Source of the DNA: Candidatus Sumerlaeia bacterium
GTDB taxonomy: Bacteria; Sumerlaeota; Sumerlaeia; SLMS01; JANRJK01
NCBI GenBank assembly: GCA_033764015.1
Contig: JANRJK010000014.1
Location: 64,001 to 128,000 of the forward strand
DNA: 64,000 nucleotides
Direction of reading: 5' to 3'
The notes under the pieces were generated by a model. The model had not been told where the DNA came from and searched no databases. It saw only the letters and a list, made by a program, of their open reading frames with translations. The position numbers and the translations under genes are program-made. Positions within the stretch are counted from its first letter, which is position 1. Each line of letters opens with the position of its first letter. Below are positions 1 to 8,307 of the stretch, one piece after another.

Positions 1-2
1 TC

Positions 3-821
3 GAGCTGGACGAGCTGTGCGCGCCGCTTATCGCCGCGGGCGAGTGGATGCGGCTCTACCCGGAGGAGCCGCTCTTCGACGACGCACCGTTCGCGCGCGC
101 GCTCCTCGAGCTTCTGCAGCGCCTCAAGTCGTGGCGCGTCGAGCGGCTCGGGCTCTACGAGACGGAGCTGATGCCGACCGACGACTTGATCGTCGAGGGG
201 CGCGGCGTGCTGTCGTACAACAACGCGCTCGTCTTGCGGGCGCTGCGGCTGCTGCTCCCCTGGGCGGAGCGCCACGCCCCGTCACAATCGGCGTGGATGC
301 GCCGCGACATCGACGAGATCCCCCGCGCGGTGCGCCGCCACCTGGTTCGCGACGGCGTGTTCCAGTGGGCCGTGGACGCGGAGGGGAACGCGGAGTTCTA
401 CGACGAGGCGGCGGGGAGCCTGCTGCTGCTGCCGTACCACGGGCTCTGCGCCGCGGACGATCCCGCGTATCTCGCGACGGTTTCGCGGCTGTACTCCGAA
501 GCCTACCCGTACCGGCTGGCGGGGCCGTTCAGCGAGCTCGGCAACCGGCACACGGAGGGCCGTCCGCATCCATGGGTGCTGAGCGCGTGCAACAGCGCGC
601 TCAGCGGCGTGCGCCGCTCGGAGGGCCTCGACTTCCTCCGCCGCGCGCGCATGGACAACGGCGTCGCCTGCGAAAGCGTCAACGTCGAGACCGGCCTGCC
701 GGAGACCGGACACCATTTCGCGACCTGCGCGGGCTTCGTGGCCCACGCGATCGCCGTCGGCGCGGGCGCGCCGGACGCGCCCGAGGAGGGGCGCCTCCTC
801 GAGGAGGCGGCCCGCCCATGA
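3..821 (+). CDS. GH125-like (alpha/alpha)6 glycoside hydrolase (exo-alpha-1,6-mannosidase family), 5'-truncated by the window edge
   Basis: The frame is open from position 3 (ELDELCAP). Motifs PTDD, YDEAAGSLLLLPY, HPWVLS, ACES and HHFA resemble GH125/DUF1237. Confidence 0.7.
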   Translation, partial: ELDELCAPLIAAGEWMRLYPEEPLFDDAPFARALLELLQRLKSWRVERLGLYETELMPTDDLIVEGRGVLSYNNALVLRALRLLLPWAERHAPSQSAWMRRDIDEIPRAVRRHLVRDGVFQWAVDAEGNAEFYDEAAGSLLLLPYHGLCAADDPAYLATVSRLYSEAYPYRLAGPFSELGNRHTEGRPHPWVLSACNSALSGVRRSEGLDFLRRARMDNGVACESVNVETGLPETGHHFATCAGFVAHAIAVGAGAPDAPEEGRLLEEAARP

Positions 822-877
822 TCCCCGCAACCCACCACCCTTCGCCCAACACCCCTTCTCCCAGGAAAGGAGACCAC

Positions 878-1639
878 ATGAAACGCGCACTTCTTACGAC
901 GGTGGCATCCCTCGCGGCGCTGCTCGCACCGTTCTCGGCGGCGGCCACGGTCGTCGCCGCGGACGACGCCGGGCAATCCACGTACAACTCCGGCTTCGAT
1001 CCCGGCATGGACGGCGGCACCGGCTTCGGGCCGTGGACGATCACGCAGGAAGCGAGCTCGGGCCGCTTCGTCGGCGACTCGACCACGAACGGGTTCACCG
1101 GCGGCGGCGGAATCAACTCCGGCACGACGCCGCGCGCCTGGGGGCTTTACGCCAACACCGGCACCCTCGCGACCGCCTCGCGCACGCTGGACGCTCCGCT
1201 GGTGGCGGGCGGCGCGATCCGCATGTCGATCGACAGCGGCTTCGTCGCCGGCGGCGGCGTGGTCGGCTTCAACATCCGCAACTCTTCGGACCAGGACCTG
1301 TTTCAGCTCCGTTTCGCGGGCGGCGACGCCTCGTGGAAGAAGACCGACGCGGGCGGCGACGCGGACACCGGCAACGGTTTCAGCAGCGACGGCTTCGACC
1401 TCGTCCTCCGCATGACCTCCGCGACCACCTACTCGGCGACCTTCACCAAGGTCGGCGACGCGGTCGGCACGCCGTTCACCGGCACGTTCTCGAACCCCGC
1501 CGGAGGCCAGTCCGCCACGATCATCCGCTTCTACAATTTCAACGCCGGCAGCGGCAGCACGAACGACATGTTCTTCAACAAGCTCGAGGTGGAGGAACCG
1601 CCTCTGGCCAGCGTCTCGAACTGGGAAGCCTACGAGTGA
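878..1639 (+). CDS. Secreted non-catalytic beta-sandwich protein with C-terminal Trp tag
   Basis: RBS AAAGGAGA before ATG 878. Signal peptide MKRALLTTVASLAALLAPFSAAA. Homologous to the C-terminal domain of the next gene. Ends ASVSNWEAYE. Confidence 0.8.
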   Translation: MKRALLTTVASLAALLAPFSAAATVVAADDAGQSTYNSGFDPGMDGGTGFGPWTITQEASSGRFVGDSTTNGFTGGGGINSGTTPRAWGLYANTGTLATASRTLDAPLVAGGAIRMSIDSGFVAGGGVVGFNIRNSSDQDLFQLRFAGGDASWKKTDAGGDADTGNGFSSDGFDLVLRMTSATTYSATFTKVGDAVGTPFTGTFSNPAGGQSATIIRFYNFNAGSGSTNDMFFNKLEVEEPPLASVSNWEAYE

Positions 1640-1707
1640 CGGACACCACCGGGGCGCCTCCGCGCGCGCCGGGAAGAGGTACCCTCCTGCCAGGGGGTGG
1701 CGGAGCG

Positions 1708-4176
1708 ATGCGCAGCAGGACATGCAGCTTCGCCGCGAAGGCGTTGCGGAGGACCGCGGGGGCCGCGCTCGCGGCGCTCGCGGCCTCCGCCGCGCCGACG
1801 GCAGCCCACTCGCTGGGCACGGAACCGCGGATCGCCCGCGTCTTCCTCGAGAAGGCCTTCGTCGCGCCGGGCGAGTCGGGCGGCGTCTTCGTGCGCCTGG
1901 GCGACGCGGGGTCGCTCGCGCCGGGCGACACGCTCCGCTTGGCGGTCTTCCCGGCGGACGGCTCGCCGCTGCACGCGGAGAGCCGCGCGCCCGCCGGGGA
2001 GTTCACCGACTTCACGATCCCCGCGGGGCTGCCGGAGGGCGGGCACCGCCTCGAGGTGGCGCTGCTCCGCGGGGGCGCGGAACTCGGCAAGGTCGAGCGC
2101 GTCCACTCCGTCGTGGCGGACATCGCGGACGATGTGCGCTACGGCTTCTACACGAACTTCGGCGCCTTCGGCGGCGACTACACCGAGAAGACGAACATCC
2201 TCGTCGAGGCGGGCCTCAACGCGGTCGAGTACTACGACTGGTTCCCCGCGCACGGCGACTACACACCGGAGGCGCAGACGTATCCGCAGGAGCCCTTCGG
2301 CCAGGTGATCGAGCTGCGCGACGTGCAGGGGAAGATGGAGCAGGCGCGCGCGAAAAACATCCGCAACATCGCGTACATCGCCGCCTACGCCGCGGTGCCG
2401 CGCATCGCCAACGCCATCCCGGGGAGCAAGCTGACCACATCGTCCGGCGAGCCCGTGGTGTTCTACCAGGGCTCCGTCGCCCCGCAGAGCCAGCTCTCCG
2501 GCGTGTGGTTCAACCTGACGGCGTTCGCGCCGGGCACCTCCTGGCGCCCCGTCCTCTGGGACGAATTGACGAACGCCCTCGACCTTGACGACTCGGTGTC
2601 GTTCGATGGCTTCGAGTTGGACACCTACGGCTGGAACGAGCCGTACCACTCGGCGGGGAGTCCCTTCAACGGGACGCCGATCATGGAGATGCTGGCCGAC
2701 CTAACCGGCGATGTGCGGGGGCTGACGCGCTCGATCAAGCCCGGCGGCCTCACCACGCTCAACACCATCGCCGAGGTCGAGATCGAGCGCTTCTACGAGA
2801 AGGTGGATTTCCTCTTCGTCGAAAATTGGGCGTTTCACAAGCCGCGCTACGACGCGGTGGCGCGCATGGTGGCGTCGAACCACTCCGCATCGGGCAAGCG
2901 CTTCGTCAGCAAGTGCTACCCGGCCGACATGGAGGGCGGGCGCACCATCTGGCCCGTGGAGAATTTGACGCTGTTGCTGGCGGCGCACCTGTACGGAGGC
3001 GGCAGCTTCATGGTCGCCGGCGAGCCGCGCGAGGCCACGGGCCAGATCGGCGGCTTCAACTCGCTCTACTACCCCGACAACCTGCCGCAGCCGGAAGAGA
3101 ACCATCGCGCGATCCGCAACTACAACACGCACGACGCGCTGCTGTACGGCCTCAACCACGGGCCCGAGGTGCGCCTCCGCGCCACGGAGCCGCCGCTTCC
3201 CGGTGCCATGGCGATGTCGTACCTCGGCGCGGGGGGCGCGGCGACCTGGTGCCTGCTGCGCCTCGACGGCGCGGACGAATGGACCCGTGAGACAGCGCCC
3301 GCCAGCGAACTGGCGGAGGTCGAGGCGACCGTGACGCTGCCGAACGGGTTCGCGCCCAGGCAGGTAGTGTACGGCACGCCGGACGACGACGCGCTGGTGT
3401 TCCACCGCGCGGTCGACTGGTCCGTCGCCGACGGTCGGCTCACGGCTCGGCTGCCGAAGCTGCGGCGCTTCGGCTCGCTCATCGCCTTTCCGTTCCCCGT
3501 GGACGAGCGGCTGCGCGACGCTGCGTCGCTGGCGGAGCACGCGGGCGGCTGGGCGGGCGCGTGGCGCTTCGGAGGGGTAGGCGGCGGAGCGGGCGTCTTC
3601 ATCGGCGACTCGCGCAACAACGGCGGCGCGGAGCGCAACGACGACTGCGACATCAACACGGAGCGACGCGCGTGGGCGCTGTTTTCCGGCGCCTCCGGGC
3701 TGGTGGACGCGCAGCGCGACTTCCCCGCGCTCGAGGAGGGCGAGTCGCTCCGCCTCCTGATGGACAACGGCTTCGTGCTGCCGGGCGGCGCCGTGGGCTT
3801 CGGCCTGCACAACGCGCAGGGCGGGCGGCTGCTGGAGTTGTTCTTCCGCGGTGGCCAGGCGTCCTACATCGTGTTCGACGCGGCTGGCGAGAGGCTGAGC
3901 GGAATCCCGTTCACCGACGAGGGGCTCGACATCGAAGTGACCATCGGCGCAGCCGGCGCGTACTCGATGCGGGTGGTGCCGATCGGCGCCGAGTCGGGGA
4001 CGCGCACCGTTTCCGGCTCGCTGATGGCGCCCGCCGGCGGGCAGGCGGCGGCGACGTTGCGCCTGTTCAGCTTCGCCGCGGGCGTAGGCCCCGCACACGA
4101 CGCGTACTTCAACGATTTGTCGATCTATCGAGCGGCGCCCGCAGGGGCCGGGGTGGATTCGTGGCTGCTCTTCTGA
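1708..4176 (+). CDS. Secreted GH66-like (dextranase/CITase family) glycoside hydrolase with C-terminal accessory domain and Trp tag
   Basis: Signal-like N-terminus. Motifs RYGFY, NAVEYYDW, FDGFELDTYG and DFLFVENW resemble GH66. Alternative GTG start at 1636 overlapping the upstream stop. Ends AGVDSWLLF. Confidence 0.7.
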   Translation: MRSRTCSFAAKALRRTAGAALAALAASAAPTAAHSLGTEPRIARVFLEKAFVAPGESGGVFVRLGDAGSLAPGDTLRLAVFPADGSPLHAESRAPAGEFTDFTIPAGLPEGGHRLEVALLRGGAELGKVERVHSVVADIADDVRYGFYTNFGAFGGDYTEKTNILVEAGLNAVEYYDWFPAHGDYTPEAQTYPQEPFGQVIELRDVQGKMEQARAKNIRNIAYIAAYAAVPRIANAIPGSKLTTSSGEPVVFYQGSVAPQSQLSGVWFNLTAFAPGTSWRPVLWDELTNALDLDDSVSFDGFELDTYGWNEPYHSAGSPFNGTPIMEMLADLTGDVRGLTRSIKPGGLTTLNTIAEVEIERFYEKVDFLFVENWAFHKPRYDAVARMVASNHSASGKRFVSKCYPADMEGGRTIWPVENLTLLLAAHLYGGGSFMVAGEPREATGQIGGFNSLYYPDNLPQPEENHRAIRNYNTHDALLYGLNHGPEVRLRATEPPLPGAMAMSYLGAGGAATWCLLRLDGADEWTRETAPASELAEVEATVTLPNGFAPRQVVYGTPDDDALVFHRAVDWSVADGRLTARLPKLRRFGSLIAFPFPVDERLRDAASLAEHAGGWAGAWRFGGVGGGAGVFIGDSRNNGGAERNDDCDINTERRAWALFSGASGLVDAQRDFPALEEGESLRLLMDNGFVLPGGAVGFGLHNAQGGRLLELFFRGGQASYIVFDAAGERLSGIPFTDEGLDIEVTIGAAGAYSMRVVPIGAESGTRTVSGSLMAPAGGQAAATLRLFSFAAGVGPAHDAYFNDLSIYRAAPAGAGVDSWLLF

Positions 4177-5522
4177 CGCGGCGGGAGTTCACGCGCCTGG
4201 CGCTGGCGGCGCTCGCGCTCCCCACGGTCGCGTGCGTGGGGCGGCAGGAGGAGCGCCGCCCCGACGGGCGCCTCGTGATCCACTACTGGGAGAAGTGGGA
4301 GGACTTCGAGAAGGAGGCGATGGGCGCCGTCGTCGACGCCTACAACGCCTCGCAGGACCGCGTCTTCGTCAACTACCTCAGCACCGGGCAGATCGACCAG
4401 AAGCTGCTGCTCGCGACCGCGGGCGGCAATCCGCCGGACGTGGCGGGGCTTTGGGCGTGGCGGCTCTACACCTACGCGGAGATGGGCGCGCTCGAACCGC
4501 TCGACGCGCTGATGCGCCGCGACGGCCTCTCCACGGACGATTACCTGCCCTCGATCATCGAGCAGTGCCGCTACCGCGACTTCACCTGGGCGCTGCCGAC
4601 GACGCCCGCGACGCTCGCGCTGCACTACAACCGCGACCTGTTCGCGGAGGCGGGCCTCGATCCCGACAAGCCGCCCCGCACCATCGCGGAGCTGGACGCC
4701 GCCGCGGAGCGCCTCACGAAGCGCGGCCCCCGCGGCGCCATCGACCAGCTCGGCTTCAGCCCCACGGAGCCCGGGTGGTGGAACGACCGCTGGGGCTACT
4801 GGTTCGGCGGCGACCTGCTCACCCCCGACGCGCGCCGGGTGACGATCGACTCGGCGGAGAACATCGCCGCCTACGAGTGGGTGCGCTCCTTCCCGCAGCG
4901 CTACGGGCGCGAGGAGATCCAGCTCTTCCAAGCCGCCGGCGGGCAGTTCAACTCGGCGCAGAACCTCTTCCTCTCGGGCAAGGTGGGCATGGTGCTCCAG
5001 GGGCCGTGGATGGCGACCTTCGTCGACAAGTTCGCCCCCGGCCTCAACTGGGGCGTGGCGCCGTTCCCGGCGGTGTCGGAGGCGATGGACCCGGTGACGA
5101 TCTGCGAGGCGGACGTGCTGGTGGTGCCGAAGGGCTGCCGGCACCGCGAGGAGGCGTGGGCCTTCATCAAGTTCACGCAGCGCCCGGAGAACATGGAGCG
5201 GCTCTGCCTCGGGCAGCGGAAGTTCTCGCCGCTGCGCAGCGTGTCGCCCGATTTCGCCGCGAAACATCCGCACCCGCACATCGGCGTGTTCCGCGGCCTT
5301 GCGGAGTCGCCCAATGCTAAGGGAGCGCCGGAGTCGCCCGCGTACAGCGAGTACCGCGACGAGATCAACTACGCGTTCGACCTGCTTTGGAACCTGAAGC
5401 AGGAGCCCGCCGCCGCGCTGGCGGAGGCCGCCCGGCGCACGCAGCCGAAGCTGGACCGCCGCAACGAGCAGTGGGACCGCATCGCCGCGCAGCGCCGCCG
5501 CGAGTGGGAGGGCGGATCGTGA
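4161..5522 (+). CDS. Sugar ABC transporter substrate-binding lipoprotein (probable Tat substrate)
   Basis: GTG 4161. TRREF twin-arginine motif and PTVAC lipobox. AGGNPPDV, LHYNRDLF and GKVGMVLQGPW motifs of family-1 sugar SBPs. Confidence 0.9.
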   Translation: MAALLTRREFTRLALAALALPTVACVGRQEERRPDGRLVIHYWEKWEDFEKEAMGAVVDAYNASQDRVFVNYLSTGQIDQKLLLATAGGNPPDVAGLWAWRLYTYAEMGALEPLDALMRRDGLSTDDYLPSIIEQCRYRDFTWALPTTPATLALHYNRDLFAEAGLDPDKPPRTIAELDAAAERLTKRGPRGAIDQLGFSPTEPGWWNDRWGYWFGGDLLTPDARRVTIDSAENIAAYEWVRSFPQRYGREEIQLFQAAGGQFNSAQNLFLSGKVGMVLQGPWMATFVDKFAPGLNWGVAPFPAVSEAMDPVTICEADVLVVPKGCRHREEAWAFIKFTQRPENMERLCLGQRKFSPLRSVSPDFAAKHPHPHIGVFRGLAESPNAKGAPESPAYSEYRDEINYAFDLLWNLKQEPAAALAEAARRTQPKLDRRNEQWDRIAAQRRREWEGGS

Positions 5523-6400
5523 CGAACCGCGAACGGGCGCACCTGCGCGCGGGACTGCTCTTCGTTGCGCCGTGGCTCACCGGCCTCGCGCTGCTGATCG
5601 CGCTGCCGACGGCGATGACGGTGTACTACAGCTTCTGCGACTACTCGGTGCTCAAGGAGCCGGTCTTCATCGGGCTGGCGAACTACAAGGACCTGGCGAA
5701 GGACCCGGTGTTCCTCAAGTCGCTTTGGAACACGGGGTTCTTCGCGTTCTTCGCGCTGCCGCTGGGGACGTTGTTCGCGATTTTCCTCGCGATCCTGCTG
5801 AACCAGGACATCCCGGCGCGCCCCGTCTTCCGCACGATCTTCTTCCTGCCGTCGTTGGTGCCGCTGGTGGCGCTGGCGATCCTGTGGCAGTGGATGTTCA
5901 ACGGGCGCTTCGGCGTGATCAACCACGGGCTGTCGAAGCTCGGCGTCGACGGGCCGAACTGGCTGGGCGACACGACCTGGGCGAAGCCCGCGCTGATCGC
6001 GATGGGCCTTTGGGGCGTGGGCCACGCGGTGGTGATCTACCTGGCGGGGCTACAGGACATCCCGAAGTCGCTCTACGAGGCGGCGCGCGTGGACGGCGCG
6101 GACTGGTGGCAGCAGACGCGCCACGTCACGCTGCCGATGCTGTCGCCGGTGATCTACTTCAACCTGCTGATGGGTTGCATCGGCGTGCTGCAGGTCTTCG
6201 CGGTGCCGTACATCATGACCGGCGGCGGGCCGGCGCGCTCGACGCTCTTCCTCACGATGTACCTCTACGACCAGGCGTTCGTGTACCTCAACATGGGGTA
6301 CGCGTGCGCGATGGCGCTGGTGCTGTTCGCGCTGATCGCGGGGCTCACGTTCGCCGCGCACAAGCTCGCGGGGAGGCACGTGGTCTATGGCGGCAACTAG
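5519..6400 (+). CDS. Carbohydrate ABC transporter permease
   Basis: GTGA overlap with the SBP stop. Multiple TM segments. EAA loop LYEAARVDGA. Confidence 0.93.
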   Translation: MTNRERAHLRAGLLFVAPWLTGLALLIALPTAMTVYYSFCDYSVLKEPVFIGLANYKDLAKDPVFLKSLWNTGFFAFFALPLGTLFAIFLAILLNQDIPARPVFRTIFFLPSLVPLVALAILWQWMFNGRFGVINHGLSKLGVDGPNWLGDTTWAKPALIAMGLWGVGHAVVIYLAGLQDIPKSLYEAARVDGADWWQQTRHVTLPMLSPVIYFNLLMGCIGVLQVFAVPYIMTGGGPARSTLFLTMYLYDQAFVYLNMGYACAMALVLFALIAGLTFAAHKLAGRHVVYGGN

Positions 6401-7235
6401 CCCTTCCCGCCCCGGGCGCCTCGTCTCCGCCGCCTCCACGGCGGTGCTGGCGCTGTTCGCGGGGCTCTTCCTGTTCCCCTTCGCGTGGATGGTCACCACG
6501 TCGTTGAAGGAGCTGCCGCAGGCGATGCGGATGCCGCCGCAGTGGATCCCCGATCCGGTGCGCTGGGAGAACTTCCTCGAGGCGACGCGCGCGATCCCCT
6601 TCTGGAGCTACGCGGTCAACACGCTGACGCTCTGCGTGCTGTGCGTGGCGGGGACGGTGGCGAGCTGCCTGCTCGCGGCGTACGGCTTCGCGCGCATCCA
6701 GTGGCGCGGGCGCGAGGCGCTCTTCGCCGCGACGCTCGCCACCATGATGATCCCCTTCCCCGTGATGATGGTGCCGCAGTACGGCATCTACCGCTCGCTC
6801 GGGTGGATCGGCACCTCGCTGCCGCTCTGGGTGCCGGCGTTCTTCGGGTCCGCTTATTCGATCTTCCTGATGCGGCAGTTCCTGCTCACGATCCCGAAGG
6901 AGCTGCAGGAAGCGGCGGAGATCGACGGCGCCTCGCAGCTCCAGACGTTCCTGCACGTGATCCTGCCGCTGTCGCGCCCGGTTGTGACGGTGGTCGCGCT
7001 GTTCACGTTCATGGGCGTGTGGAACGACTTCATGGGGCCGCTCATTTACCTGACTGACCAGCGCGATTTCACGCTGGCGCTGGGGCTGCAGCACTTCCAG
7101 AGCAAGCACGGCGGCACCGATATGAACCTGCTCATGGCCGCCTCCACGCTCGTGGTGCTGCCGATCGTCGTCCTGTTCTTCTTCACCCAGAAAACCTTCA
7201 TCGAAGGCATCGCCGTCACCGGCATCAAAGGCTGA
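6387..7235 (+). CDS. Carbohydrate ABC transporter permease
   Basis: IPKELQEAAEIDGA, WNDFMGPL and C-terminal GIAVTGIKG. Confidence 0.93.
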   Translation: MAATSPSRPGRLVSAASTAVLALFAGLFLFPFAWMVTTSLKELPQAMRMPPQWIPDPVRWENFLEATRAIPFWSYAVNTLTLCVLCVAGTVASCLLAAYGFARIQWRGREALFAATLATMMIPFPVMMVPQYGIYRSLGWIGTSLPLWVPAFFGSAYSIFLMRQFLLTIPKELQEAAEIDGASQLQTFLHVILPLSRPVVTVVALFTFMGVWNDFMGPLIYLTDQRDFTLALGLQHFQSKHGGTDMNLLMAASTLVVLPIVVLFFFTQKTFIEGIAVTGIKG

Positions 7236-7252
7236 CCCACAAGGAGACCACC

Positions 7253-8065
7253 ATGACCCGCCGCACTACGATTCATGCGCTCGCCGCGATGCTCGCGCTT
7301 GCGACCGCCGGCTCCGCCGCCGCCCAGGCGGACGTAACGCTGCTCTACGACGACACGGGCAACCCGATGCCGCTCGCGCAGGTGTCCTTCGTCTCGAACT
7401 TCGATCCCGCGACGGGCGCCTATTCGCCTAGCTGGAACGGCTACTTGCGGCTTCGGATGCACGACGACGGCCAGCACGGCGACGGCGCCGCGGGCGACGG
7501 CGTGTGGGGCGCGCGGGTGAAGGTCGCACCGGGCGGCAAGCAGCTCTACGAGTGGGCTACGGACGACAACGCCGACGGCTCGGACGGATGGCTGGGGCCG
7601 TGCCCGCCGTTCTACGTGGAGGACGCCTCGCCGAAGACCGTGCGCGGCTACTCGATGCCGGAGGAGGCGCGCCTGTCGGCGGCGGGCTTCGCGGCGAAGC
7701 ACGGCGTGGACCTCTCCACAGCGCGAGCCCCGCAGCGGCTCGCGGACGGCAAGCGGGTGCTCTTCACCTACAAGGCGCCGGAGGGCGCCAAGCGCGTGTT
7801 CCTCGCGGGGGACTTCAACAACTGGGCGAAGAACGACGGCGGCAACGTCCGGGATGGCCGCGCGGCGATGTTCCCCGCTGGCGGCGGCGTGTGGTTCCGT
7901 ACGGTCGAGTTGGACGCGCCGGCGGCCTCGTACAAGTTCGTGGCGCAGATGCCGGACGCGTCGTTCAAGTGGAGCGCGGACCCGTTCGTCCCGCCCGCGG
8001 AGGACGGCGGCAACAGCCGCATCGAGCCCGCACAACTCCCACGCACCGGCACTGCGACACCATGA
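7253..8065 (+). CDS. Secreted protein with DDGxHGDxxAGDG (choice-of-anchor X-like) domain plus CBM48-like glycogen-binding domain
   Basis: RBS AAGGAG and signal peptide. Motifs MHDDGQHGDGAAGDGVW and VFLAGDFNNW...YKFV...W..DP. Confidence 0.8.
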   Translation: MTRRTTIHALAAMLALATAGSAAAQADVTLLYDDTGNPMPLAQVSFVSNFDPATGAYSPSWNGYLRLRMHDDGQHGDGAAGDGVWGARVKVAPGGKQLYEWATDDNADGSDGWLGPCPPFYVEDASPKTVRGYSMPEEARLSAAGFAAKHGVDLSTARAPQRLADGKRVLFTYKAPEGAKRVFLAGDFNNWAKNDGGNVRDGRAAMFPAGGGVWFRTVELDAPAASYKFVAQMPDASFKWSADPFVPPAEDGGNSRIEPAQLPRTGTATP

Positions 8066-8307
8066 GGCTGCGCGCCGCTACCGCCGCGCTCCTCGCCGCC
8101 GCCGCCGCGCAGGCGGGCACCGTGACCCTGCTCTACGACGACACGGGCTCCGCCACGCGCGCGGAGGCGGTGTACCACGTCGCCTCGTGGAACCCGGATA
8201 GCGGCCTTCCCGATCCTGGCTGGAGCGGTTACGCGCGGCGCCCGATGTTCGACGACGGCCAGCACGGCGACGGCGCGGCGGGCGACGGCGTGTGGGGCGC
8301 GCGCGTG
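7463..8307 (+). repeat. Direct repeat of about 57 nt (7463-7519 and 8251-8307) in the duplicated module
   Basis: gacgacggccagcacggcgacggcgc(c/g)gcgggcgacggcgtgtggggcgcgcg(g/c)gtg, with 2 mismatches. Confidence 0.85.

Noticed and set aside
7463..8307. Direct repeat as a CRISPR or mobile-element repeat
   Set aside because: There are only two copies, both in frame within paralogous coding modules.
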